Source: a bacterium
Lineage (GTDB): Bacteria; JAMCPX01
Reading direction: 5' to 3'
Length of the DNA stretch: 29,261 nucleotides
NCBI GenBank assembly: GCA_037439545.1
Contig: JBBIVV010000016.1
Span: forward strand, 21,052-50,312
Positions 1 to 8,571 of this stretch are shown in pieces; position 1 is the first letter of the stretch, and every line of letters begins with the position of its first letter. The notes beneath the pieces were generated by a model. The model was given only the letters and a program-made list of their open reading frames with translations. It was not told the DNA's origin and searched no databases. The translations under genes and the position numbers were made by a program.

Positions 1-2
1 CC

Positions 3-19
3 TTTCTCACGGGGTTTAC
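3..19. repeat. Right end of a dispersed inverted-end intergenic element (copy A, truncated by window edge)
   Basis: TTTCTCACGGGGTTTAC matches the right end of the 23547-23655 element (TTTCTAACGGAGATTAC) at 14/17 positions. Its core is an approximate reverse complement of the left-end motif CCCCGTYAGAGA. Confidence 0.55.
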
Positions 20-151
20 TGTTACTTGATATACTGCCTTGAAAGTGCAATAAATGCTTTTAGGAAATTGTCCTTCAGACGCATAACCTGCTATGGTATC
101 TTTGATAATGTGGGGTAGCGCGGGATTCCGGCTGGGCAAGGCGGTAGAAAT

Positions 152-2581
152 ATGGAAAAATTTAGAGATTATTTGAAAAACTATATACTGATCATGGATG
201 GCGCCATGGGTACCATCCTCCAGCAATCGGGCATACTGAAGCCCGGTATGGCACCGGAACTATTGAACACAACGCATCCTTCAGCCATACAGGATGTGCA
301 TGCGCAATACATCAATGCAGGCGCAACTATCGTGGAAACGAATACATTCGGCGCAAACAGGATAAAACTCAGGGAATTCGGCGCTGAAAAACTTGTAAAA
401 GAAATCAACCGCGCAGCAGTGCGTAATGCACTGATGGCTGCAAAGGGGAAGGTATTCGTTGCGGGCGATATCGGCCCGACAGGCAAGTTTATAAAGCCGA
501 TCGGCGACCTTGAGTTTGACGAAGCGGTAGACCTGTACAGGGAGCAGGTGCAGGCACTGCTTGAAGCAGGGGTTGATCTCTTTTCCATCGAAACGATGAT
601 GGACATAAAAGAGATCAAGGCCGTCCTGATCGCGATAAGGGAGCTCTCGGACCTGCCTGTGATGGCAATGATGACATTCAATGAAGACTTCAGGACCACG
701 CTCGGTACGACACCCGAGGTCGCGGCTATTGTGCTTGAGTCGCTTGGTGCGGATGTCATAGGCGCAAACTGCAGCCTCGGCCCCGACGGCATTTACAGCA
801 TTATAAAGAGGATGTCCCGGGTAACGGCATTACCGCTCATATCCGAGGCGAACGCAGGTATGCCTATCCTGAAGAACGGCGTCACGACATTCCCGGCAAC
901 GCCGCACCAGATGACAGAGCACATGGAACAATCGACAGCACTCGGCGTCAGGGTTTATGGAGGATGCTGCGGAACGACACCCGACCATATAAAACATATT
1001 GCTGAAACGGGCTTTAAACTGAGGCAGAGCATATCCTATGAGATAAAGGAGGATAACGCCCTGCGTCTGGCAAGCAGAACGGAATTTGCTGAACTTATAC
1101 GGTCAAAGAACACACTGCTCATCGGTGAGCGTATCAATCCGACAGGGAAAAAGCTGTATTCGGAAGAGCTTAAATCCGGCAAAACAAAGTACATCCGCGA
1201 ACAGGCAATGCTTCAACAGCAGGCGGGTGCGCACGTGCTTGATGTAAATGTGGGGACACCCGGCATAGATGAGCCGTCCATGATGGGCAAGGCTATCTTT
1301 GCCGTTAATAGTGCTTCGACTCTTCCTGTATCTATAGATTCATCGAACATAAATGCCCTTGAGGCAGGACTGAAGGCTGTTGACGGCAAACCGCTTGTCA
1401 ATTCCGTTACCGGAGAGACGAAGCGGCTTTTGCCGGCACTCAAGCTTATAAAAAAATACGGTGCATCTGCGATAATCCTGCCTGTCGATGAAAAAGGTCT
1501 GCCCAAAACAGCATCAGAAAGGGTCGCCATTGCGAGAAAGGTGATAGAAACGGCAGAGAGTATGGGCATAAGAAGGAATAATTTTGTCGTGGATGCACTT
1601 ACGCTCACCATAAGTGCAGAGCCCCGGGGCGGCAGGGAGACGCTTAAAACAATTATGGCTGTGTCAGAACAGCTCGGGCTTCCGTGTGTCGGAGGGCTGA
1701 GCAATGTTTCTTTCGGCCTGCCTGCAAGAAACATGTTGAATGGTCATTTCCTTTCAATGGCAATGGCACAGGGTATCGGTCTTGCGATTGTCAATGTACT
1801 CGATGGGGACATAAAAAAGGCCTTTTTATCCGCATCTTTACTGCTGGGAAGGGATGAGAATGCACGCAGGTTCGTAGACGCCTTCTCGGACCGGGAAACA
1901 CAGCCGGAAAGCGTCATGGGTGGGAACAAGACGGAAGGTATCGATGTATTCACAAAGATACAGGACGCTGTTATAAAAGGTGATGAAGAAAATATCATCG
2001 GTATGATCGAGCAGGCGCTTGCCCAGGGAAATGATCCCCTTACGATCAGCAATAAAGGATTGGTGCCGGGCATGGATGTTGTCGGAAAACACTTTAAGAC
2101 AGGAAAGGTCTTTTTGCCGCAGGTCATGCTTTCTGCAGAAACCATGAAAAAAGCTTTTGCACGGCTGAAGCAGGCGATGAAGAAGCAGATGAAAGGTGTG
2201 AAAAAAGTGCTTATGGCAACCGTGGAAGGAGATATACACGATATCGGGAAGAACATCGTGATAACTTTGCTTGAAAATAATGGTTTTGATGTTATTGATC
2301 TTGGCAAGAATGTTTCAACCGAGGAAATCGTGAAAAAGGCACGGGAGAATAATGTAGATATGATAGGATTAAGCGCACTTATGACGACGACGATGACAGA
2401 GATGGGGAGTGTCGTTGGTGCGGTAAAGAAAAACGGGTTCACTATCCCGATAGCCGTCGGCGGTGCCGTGGTGACACCGGAGTATGCAAAAGAGATCGGA
2501 GCTGACCTATACGCGAAGGACGCGATGTCAGCAGTGGAAGAGATAAAAAAATTTTTCGGGATAAAAGATTTTTCAGGTTAA
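152..2581 (+). CDS. metH: Cobalamin-dependent methionine synthase (Hcy-binding, pterin-binding, cap and B12-binding domains; no C-terminal AdoMet reactivation domain)
   Basis: 809 aa. Motifs: MDGAMGT; zinc ligands GANCS and GGCCGT; pterin-binding IGERINPTG and IDSS; B12-binding DIHDIGKNIV...GLSALMT...GGA. The protein ends right after the B12 domain. Confidence 0.93.
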   Translation: MEKFRDYLKNYILIMDGAMGTILQQSGILKPGMAPELLNTTHPSAIQDVHAQYINAGATIVETNTFGANRIKLREFGAEKLVKEINRAAVRNALMAAKGKVFVAGDIGPTGKFIKPIGDLEFDEAVDLYREQVQALLEAGVDLFSIETMMDIKEIKAVLIAIRELSDLPVMAMMTFNEDFRTTLGTTPEVAAIVLESLGADVIGANCSLGPDGIYSIIKRMSRVTALPLISEANAGMPILKNGVTTFPATPHQMTEHMEQSTALGVRVYGGCCGTTPDHIKHIAETGFKLRQSISYEIKEDNALRLASRTEFAELIRSKNTLLIGERINPTGKKLYSEELKSGKTKYIREQAMLQQQAGAHVLDVNVGTPGIDEPSMMGKAIFAVNSASTLPVSIDSSNINALEAGLKAVDGKPLVNSVTGETKRLLPALKLIKKYGASAIILPVDEKGLPKTASERVAIARKVIETAESMGIRRNNFVVDALTLTISAEPRGGRETLKTIMAVSEQLGLPCVGGLSNVSFGLPARNMLNGHFLSMAMAQGIGLAIVNVLDGDIKKAFLSASLLLGRDENARRFVDAFSDRETQPESVMGGNKTEGIDVFTKIQDAVIKGDEENIIGMIEQALAQGNDPLTISNKGLVPGMDVVGKHFKTGKVFLPQVMLSAETMKKAFARLKQAMKKQMKGVKKVLMATVEGDIHDIGKNIVITLLENNGFDVIDLGKNVSTEEIVKKARENNVDMIGLSALMTTTMTEMGSVVGAVKKNGFTIPIAVGGAVVTPEYAKEIGADLYAKDAMSAVEEIKKFFGIKDFSG

Positions 2582-2584
2582 CGT

Positions 2585-3421
2585 ATGCCGTCAAAAAAGA
2601 TATTACTCATAGATAACGATGTAGAGTATCAGGCACTGATAACCAATGCACTCGAGCATGCAAATTACAGGCTCAACATCTCGCTTGATAGCGAAAGCGG
2701 GTTTCAGCTTGCCAAGAAGGATAAGCCGGAACTCATTATCATTTCCGTGGAACTGCCGGATTCGAACGGTTATCTGCTGTGCAAGAGATTCAGGGAAGAA
2801 GACGGCTTAAAAGCTGTTCCTATTATCATTATTTCCAGGGACGCAAAACCGAAAGATTTTGAGCAGCACAGGAAACTGAAGATAAGGGCAGACGAGTATC
2901 TTTTAAAGCCTTTCAGCGACGATGTCATTATATCGAAGGTGCAGAACCTGATAGGCTTTCACATCACTGAAAAAGAATTCGAACTGATGCAGGATCACCT
3001 TAATTCCATGATACAGGAAAAAATTGTCCTCGATGACAGGATCAATGCATACGAGAGAGAAAACGATACCTTGAAATCACAGCAGCAGAGCATTCAAAGC
3101 ATAAATAATGAACTGCTTGCAAGCAAAGAAAAAGAAACCCAGCTCTTAAAGCAATTGAATGAAAACAAGGAACATACAAAGGTTGTCGACAAGTGGCTGA
3201 CGGATGCGAATGACTCGGTTGAAAGGCTCCAGAAAGATAATGAGAAATTAACGAAGGAAAATGCACTTGCCAAAATAGAACTTGAGAATGTGCGTAAACA
3301 GATGAATGATCTTAACACAGCTTTTAACTTGCTCCAGGACAGGGTGAAAAAGAACCGTGTTGAAATGGATAAGGTAAAGGGATTACTCAATCAGGTCATG
3401 ACCCTGCTTCCGAAGGAATAG
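2585..3421 (+). CDS. Atypical (pseudo) receiver domain plus C-terminal coiled coil, FrzS-like
   Basis: N-terminal REC fold (KKILLIDND...PELIIISVELP...NGY...KPF) with Ser54 at the phospho-Asp position. Contains an FEQHRKLKIRADEYLLKP motif. Residues ~130-278 are a heptad-rich E/K/Q/L coiled coil. Confidence 0.85.
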   Translation: MPSKKILLIDNDVEYQALITNALEHANYRLNISLDSESGFQLAKKDKPELIIISVELPDSNGYLLCKRFREEDGLKAVPIIIISRDAKPKDFEQHRKLKIRADEYLLKPFSDDVIISKVQNLIGFHITEKEFELMQDHLNSMIQEKIVLDDRINAYERENDTLKSQQQSIQSINNELLASKEKETQLLKQLNENKEHTKVVDKWLTDANDSVERLQKDNEKLTKENALAKIELENVRKQMNDLNTAFNLLQDRVKKNRVEMDKVKGLLNQVMTLLPKE

Positions 3422-3437
3422 AGAGACACAGGGGTAT

Positions 3438-4094
3438 ATGGACAAGCTTAAACTCGGGGTACTCGTATCAGGCAGCGGCAGTAATCTCCAGGCAATAATG
3501 GACAGGATAAAAGACGGCGGACTGGATGCAGAGGTGAAGATTGTCATAGCGGACAACGACAGGGCGTATGCCCTCGAAAGGGCAAGAAGCAATAACATAC
3601 CAGTCCGTATTGTCGATTATAAATTATCTTCGAAACGGGAAGACATCGAAGATCAGATGATCATGGAGCTTCGGAATCACACGGTCGGGCTTGTTGTTCT
3701 TGCAGGTTTTATGAGGCTGCTGACAGGGCATTTTATAACTGCATTCCCGATGAGGATCATGAATATACATCCGGCCATTCTGCCTTCGTTTCCCGGCATA
3801 AATGTCATACAGAAGGCCATCGATTACGGGGTTAAGTTTACCGGGTGCACCGTGCATTTTATCGACGAAGGTACAGATACAGGCCCAATCATCACTCAGG
3901 CTGTCGTTCCGGTAAAAGATGACGATACGGAAGAATCACTCGCACAGAGAATACACGAAAAAGAACATATAATCTATCCGAGGGCGATACAATTGTTCTC
4001 CGAGGGCAGGCTTATCATAAAAGGCAGGCGAGTGTTTGTAAAAAATTATGGGTATGAGCAGCAGCAGCCGTGCATAAACCCGTATAACCTATAG
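3438..4094 (+). CDS. purN: Phosphoribosylglycinamide formyltransferase
   Basis: LVSGSGSNLQA, LAGFMRLL, NIHPAILPSFPG, GCTVHF, DTGPII and EH motifs; 218 aa. Confidence 0.97.
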   Translation: MDKLKLGVLVSGSGSNLQAIMDRIKDGGLDAEVKIVIADNDRAYALERARSNNIPVRIVDYKLSSKREDIEDQMIMELRNHTVGLVVLAGFMRLLTGHFITAFPMRIMNIHPAILPSFPGINVIQKAIDYGVKFTGCTVHFIDEGTDTGPIITQAVVPVKDDDTEESLAQRIHEKEHIIYPRAIQLFSEGRLIIKGRRVFVKNYGYEQQQPCINPYNL

Positions 4095-4105
4095 GTGCAG
4101 AAGCA

Positions 4106-5428
4106 ATGTCAGGAAAGTTCTTCGATGGAGCGGTTATCGCAGAAGGGATGAACGCACTGCTTGCGGCCTATGAACTGTCAAAGACGGATAGTTCAATGGT
4201 CGTTATCGATAACTACAAACCGTCCCTGGATATAGACGGCTACAATTTCAATTATTATCCCGGGCATATATTTACGTCGCAGGAATTGCCCGTTATTCTT
4301 CAGGAACTGCATACGGTGTTTGAAATATACACGAACCCTGCTTATCAATTGATCCTGCCTGACAGGCGGATAGATATGCATTACAACATCCAGAAACTTA
4401 TGAAGGCCGTTCACCTGCGCTTCAAGGAAGAAGCTCCTTTGCTCGAAGAATATTTATACAAGGAGCAAAAACTATGTGAACTGCTTTCGCAGCTTTCCCC
4501 TTTTAACAACGGCGATCATTCCGAACAGGGAGGAAAGCTGTTCAGGAGATTGAAGCTCCAGGAGCGTTTGTTCAAAGAGAGGCGGACAGCGAACAATAGT
4601 TTCAACGGCCTGAAAGACCGGCACCTGACATCCGTCTTTGTTCATGCGATTGCAAGGTTTATGCTCCCGTGGCTGGAGGAGCAGGAATTATTTACGGATA
4701 AAACCATTTTCCCCCTTATATTGAGGAAGCGGCTCTATCCTGCCGGAGGCAAGAACAGCGTAAAGACCGCGATTATCAATGAATTGATAAGACGGAATGT
4801 AAATGTAATTCAGGATAAAGAAGTTAACCGCATAGAGTACGGCAAATATTTCACCATAACGTATGCACACGATCAGACAGTACGTTCGAAAAAGATTATC
4901 ATCGAACCAAGGCATGAAAAGAGCATTTCTCTGCTGCCTTTTGACACCTATAAGGGAATAAAAAAGCATTTCTATGCAGACAACATCTTTATAGGATTGA
5001 AGCGATCATGCCTGCCTGAACTGTACGGCAGGGCAAACAATGCCATTATGGTTTGCGATTACGATCAACCGCTTGCAAACGACAACCTGATTTTTATGGA
5101 TACAAACCCGCTGACCGATATAAAACGAGCAAAAGACGAAATGGCCGCTTTAACCGTTACGGTGTTGATTGCAGAAAACAGCATATCGAAGATATCGGCG
5201 ATAAGACATTCAGTTCTCGAACGAATACGCCGGTTTATGCCGTTCTTCGATGATTCTGTGGAAAACATATATTTTACAGAGCCTTCTGTTATCTGGGACA
5301 GTCATAGTGTGCCGGTTTACAGAAAAGGTGTCCTGCTGATCAATGACGAGTTCATAAATTTGTATACTGCAGATGCAAAATATGCCTATATAACAAAGCA
5401 GGTGAAAAGGCTTTTTAAAACACTGTAA
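4106..5428 (+). CDS. Hypothetical protein, divergent FAD/NAD(P)-binding phytoene desaturase-like fold
   Basis: N-terminal beta-alpha-beta (FDGAVIAEGMNALLAAYELSK...VVID) with a degenerate GxGxxG. Internal YPAGGKNSVKTAIINEL...V..I segment is typical of CrtI/amine-oxidase family proteins. Tight operon spacing. Confidence 0.55.
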   Translation: MSGKFFDGAVIAEGMNALLAAYELSKTDSSMVVIDNYKPSLDIDGYNFNYYPGHIFTSQELPVILQELHTVFEIYTNPAYQLILPDRRIDMHYNIQKLMKAVHLRFKEEAPLLEEYLYKEQKLCELLSQLSPFNNGDHSEQGGKLFRRLKLQERLFKERRTANNSFNGLKDRHLTSVFVHAIARFMLPWLEEQELFTDKTIFPLILRKRLYPAGGKNSVKTAIINELIRRNVNVIQDKEVNRIEYGKYFTITYAHDQTVRSKKIIIEPRHEKSISLLPFDTYKGIKKHFYADNIFIGLKRSCLPELYGRANNAIMVCDYDQPLANDNLIFMDTNPLTDIKRAKDEMAALTVTVLIAENSISKISAIRHSVLERIRRFMPFFDDSVENIYFTEPSVIWDSHSVPVYRKGVLLINDEFINLYTADAKYAYITKQVKRLFKTL

Positions 5429-5440
5429 AGAGGAGGATTT

Positions 5441-5884
5441 ATGTCCGGAAAAGACGTGACGAGAACAATAGAAATAAACGGTACACTCGATAAATGTTAT
5501 AAAAAGATATGCGATTTCGAGAGTTATCCTCAGTGGCAATCCGCGGTACGGAATACGAAAGTTATAAAAAAAGACAAAGAAGGAAGACCAAAGATAGTTG
5601 AATTCAAGATCTCGGTAATCGGTAAGGACATAAGGTATGTCCTGGATTATAAATATGACGATAAAAATCATTTTTTGAGCTGGACCTATGTTGAAGGCGA
5701 TGTCAGGGATGTCAAAGGGAGTTATAAATTCGACAAGATAGATAAGAGTAAGACCCTTGCTACCTTTACCGCATTTGTAGATCCAGGATTCTGGGTGCCC
5801 GGTCCCATTATCAATACGCTCAACAATGTTGCCATGAAAAAATCCATGGAAGAACTCAAGGATGCAGTTGAAAGAAAAGCATAA
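5441..5884 (+). CDS. SRPBCC/START-domain protein (polyketide cyclase/Coq10-like lipid-binding)
   Basis: 147 aa. Pattern TIEI...CYKKICDFESYPQW...LSWTYVEGD...GSY...C-terminal helix; AGAGGAGG RBS upstream. Confidence 0.85.
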   Translation: MSGKDVTRTIEINGTLDKCYKKICDFESYPQWQSAVRNTKVIKKDKEGRPKIVEFKISVIGKDIRYVLDYKYDDKNHFLSWTYVEGDVRDVKGSYKFDKIDKSKTLATFTAFVDPGFWVPGPIINTLNNVAMKKSMEELKDAVERKA

Positions 5885-6218
5885 GGACGAGGTAAATAAA
5901 AAGGAATTTGTCATTGTCTATACAACAGTCGGAAAAAAGGCCGATGCGGTAAAGACGGCCAAAGTAATTGTTGATGAGGGGCTCGCTGCGTGCGTGAATA
6001 TTCTCCCCGGGGTAACATCTATCTATGAATGGAAGGGTAAAACAGTCGGTGCCAAAGAGTGTGTGCTTGTCATAAAAACCGGCAAGCGTACGTTGAAGAA
6101 ACTGGAAAACAGGCTCAGGGCATTGAGTTCGTATGAAACCCCTGAATTTATCTCCGTGGATATTCATTATGGGAGTAAAGATTATTTGGCATGGATTTAT
6201 CACAATACAAAAAAATAA
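5862..6218 (+). CDS. cutA: Divalent-cation tolerance protein CutA
   Basis: VIVYTT, LAACVNILPGVTSIYEWKG, SYETPE and YLAWI motifs. Start is uncertain (ATG 5862 or TTG 5868) and overlaps the upstream stop. Confidence 0.92.
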   Translation: MQLKEKHKDEVNKKEFVIVYTTVGKKADAVKTAKVIVDEGLAACVNILPGVTSIYEWKGKTVGAKECVLVIKTGKRTLKKLENRLRALSSYETPEFISVDIHYGSKDYLAWIYHNTKK

Positions 6219-6231
6219 AAAGGAGAGACAC

Positions 6232-7854
6232 ATGAGACTAAAAAGTTATTATTTTTATACCCTGGCCATGACGTTGTTCATAGCTGCGACTGCGGGGTGC
6301 GGCAGGGCAACAACGAGCAACAGCGCACCGGTAACAGGACATCTTCCGGGAGCACAATTTACCCTTTCTGCGTCAACGACAACCCTTGTCCGGACCTTAA
6401 GCCCTGTCGAGCCTGCGATTGAACCTGCGGATCCGAACACTATACCGCCTGCAGCACTTGCAAACTTCGGCAAATTTACGTCAGGTACCGGAGAGGACTT
6501 TATTTTCAGGAATGATTTGACCGTCGTAGGCATTACGCCCACACCAACTGTCGGCGCACGTTCGGTCCTGTATTTCCCGCTCATAACGGACATCCATATC
6601 ATGGATACGAAATCACCTATGAGGTTCTGTGATACGGACAGTTATGGCCTGCTGCAGGCCGCATACAGGCCGCAGGACCGGTATACGACGCAGGTACTCG
6701 ATGCAATGATCAGGACGCTCGATGACTTCAGTGTTACGAGACATTACAATCTCCTTATAGCTCTCGGCGATACGGTAGATAACACCTCTACGGATGAAGT
6801 ACGGTGGTTTATAGGTGCACTTGATGGAACTGTCATCACTCCGGATAGCGGCAAGCATATGGATATTATACCCGGTCCGCTGAACGATCCGCATGATCCA
6901 TTCCTCGCATGGGGACTTGATAAGCAGGTGCCGTGGTACACGACAGTGGGAAATCATGACGGACTTATTAACGGTAATTTTGCCATGACACCAGAGTTCA
7001 GCGTCATAGCAACAGGGAATGAGGTATACCTCGGGTCTGAGGATGACTACGGGGATATTATACGGGCAGGTACGAAGATCACACCGGACTCAAACAGGAC
7101 TTTACTCGGCCCTGTAGCATACATGCAGGAGTTTTTTAGCACGACAACCCTGCCTGCGGGGCATGGTTTCAGCCCGGCAAACATAAGCAGTGGTTATGGC
7201 GACTATGCCTTTGATCCCGATCCTTCAGTACCTTTAAGATTTATCGTGCTGGACTGGGAATGCCGGACAGGAGGGGCCAACGGATGTATCAGGGCGGATG
7301 AGATAAATAATTTTCTTATACCCGAGTTAAATAGTGCTTATAACGAACATAAGTTAGTTGTCGTTGCAAGTCATCAGTATCCAAATGCTCTTGACGATAA
7401 AACAGAGATAACAGGTACTGCGTTTATAAAGATCCTCGCACAGTATCCGAACGTCGTTCTTCACCTTGTCGGGCATGGACATAACAACAGGGTAACGCCC
7501 TATGCGGGTTTATCGGCTACACAGACCGGTTACTGGGAAATTGAAACATCGAGCCTTATCGATTATCCGCAGCAGTCAAGGATCATAGAAATCGTGGACA
7601 ATGGAGACGGCACAGGATACATCTTCGCAACCATGGTCGATCATAATTCACCCGATGGTACCATGCCGGCAATGGCACGGTCGCTGTCATTAAAAGACAT
7701 ACAGCTCGGCAATAACACGAGCGGGGCACAAGGCACTGCACAGGACCGCAATGTAGAACTTGCGATACAGATACCACATGACGTTGAAACAGCATTGCAG
7801 TCTGCGTCCCTGCCGTCTAAGATAGAATCGCTTACGACCTTGAAGGGTCAATAG
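6232..7854 (+). CDS. Secreted lipoprotein metallophosphoesterase (calcineurin-like; resembles TIGR03767/TIGR03768-type family)
   Basis: Start moved to ATG 6232 after an AAGGAG RBS. Signal peptide with lipobox-like TAG-C. Metal motifs TDIH, GDTVDN, GNHD, SHQ and GHGH; C-terminal WEIETSSLIDYPQQSR and DRNVEL. Confidence 0.85.
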   Translation: MRLKSYYFYTLAMTLFIAATAGCGRATTSNSAPVTGHLPGAQFTLSASTTTLVRTLSPVEPAIEPADPNTIPPAALANFGKFTSGTGEDFIFRNDLTVVGITPTPTVGARSVLYFPLITDIHIMDTKSPMRFCDTDSYGLLQAAYRPQDRYTTQVLDAMIRTLDDFSVTRHYNLLIALGDTVDNTSTDEVRWFIGALDGTVITPDSGKHMDIIPGPLNDPHDPFLAWGLDKQVPWYTTVGNHDGLINGNFAMTPEFSVIATGNEVYLGSEDDYGDIIRAGTKITPDSNRTLLGPVAYMQEFFSTTTLPAGHGFSPANISSGYGDYAFDPDPSVPLRFIVLDWECRTGGANGCIRADEINNFLIPELNSAYNEHKLVVVASHQYPNALDDKTEITGTAFIKILAQYPNVVLHLVGHGHNNRVTPYAGLSATQTGYWEIETSSLIDYPQQSRIIEIVDNGDGTGYIFATMVDHNSPDGTMPAMARSLSLKDIQLGNNTSGAQGTAQDRNVELAIQIPHDVETALQSASLPSKIESLTTLKGQ

Positions 7855-7908
7855 TGCGAAGAGGGGCTATACTGTTGGTTGGGACGGCTCAGTGTCAGTA
7901 GTCGAATT

Positions 7909-8571
7909 TCAGGTTTTCCGTCCCGTGCCGGCTATTCCCAGCATCTTTTCTGCCATAGCTTCCTGCTGCTCCAGATGCTGCTGCACGATGCGTATGCCTT
8001 CTCTCCTCTGGAGTCCCTGCATGGATACCGGTTCCCCGTAGATAACGATTGCCCTGGTGAACGGCGTGGGTATAAAAAATTTGTCCCAGGAGCTTAACTT
8101 TATGCAGTGCTTAAACCGTATGGTAACCGGGACAAGAGGTATGTTCATTTTTTGGGCAAACCATACGGGTCCTGCCTTCAGCTCATGATACGGGCCCTTT
8201 GGACCATCACCGGTTATAGCGACGGTATAGCCGTTTTTAATATAATCAACGACCCCCAGTGCCGCTGCCTCCGCACCCCGCGTGCTTGAGCCCCTTATGA
8301 TGGCAAAGCCGTAAAGCCGGACTGTTGCAGCAGATATGTCTCCATCGGCACTCTGACTGACGATAAGTGCGACCTTCTTTCGCCGGTGAAGGTAAGGGAG
8401 TATAAAGAACTCGCCGTGCCAGAACACGCCGACTATCGCTGTTTTTGACATGACATTCTCAAGCGTATCGCTGCCTATTAAGGTGCACCTTACGGTAAAT
8501 GCGATCATGTACGTCACGAACCATATCAGCCAGCCGGTAATTCTAACGACAATCGGGTTATATTTTCTCAT
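7909..8571 (-). CDS. DUF374 / lysophospholipid acyltransferase family protein, LpxJ-like lipid A late acyltransferase
   Basis: FWHGE, SQSADG, IRGSSTRG, DGPKGP and SSWDKFFIPTPF motifs. N-terminal membrane anchor; overlaps the msbA stop by 4 nt. Confidence 0.85.
   Translation of the reverse strand: MRKYNPIVVRITGWLIWFVTYMIAFTVRCTLIGSDTLENVMSKTAIVGVFWHGEFFILPYLHRRKKVALIVSQSADGDISAATVRLYGFAIIRGSSTRGAEAAALGVVDYIKNGYTVAITGDGPKGPYHELKAGPVWFAQKMNIPLVPVTIRFKHCIKLSSWDKFFIPTPFTRAIVIYGEPVSMQGLQRREGIRIVQQHLEQQEAMAEKMLGIAGTGRKT

Noticed and set aside
20..151. Possible SAM/SAH/cobalamin riboswitch in the GC-rich leader of metH
   Set aside because: No recognisable S-box, SAH or B12-box consensus, and the leader is short.
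181..2442. Long antisense ORFs (203, 173 and 232 aa) opposite metH
   Set aside because: Shadow ORFs of a conserved gene; no motifs or RBS seen.
5210..6233. Antisense ORFs of 234 and 125 aa
   Set aside because: They overlap well-supported + strand genes and are Phe/Ile-rich mirrors of Lys-rich codons.
6232..7854. Metallophosphoesterase as the missing LpxH/LpxG
   Set aside because: It is an exported lipoprotein about twice the size of LpxH, whereas lipid X is made on the cytoplasmic side.
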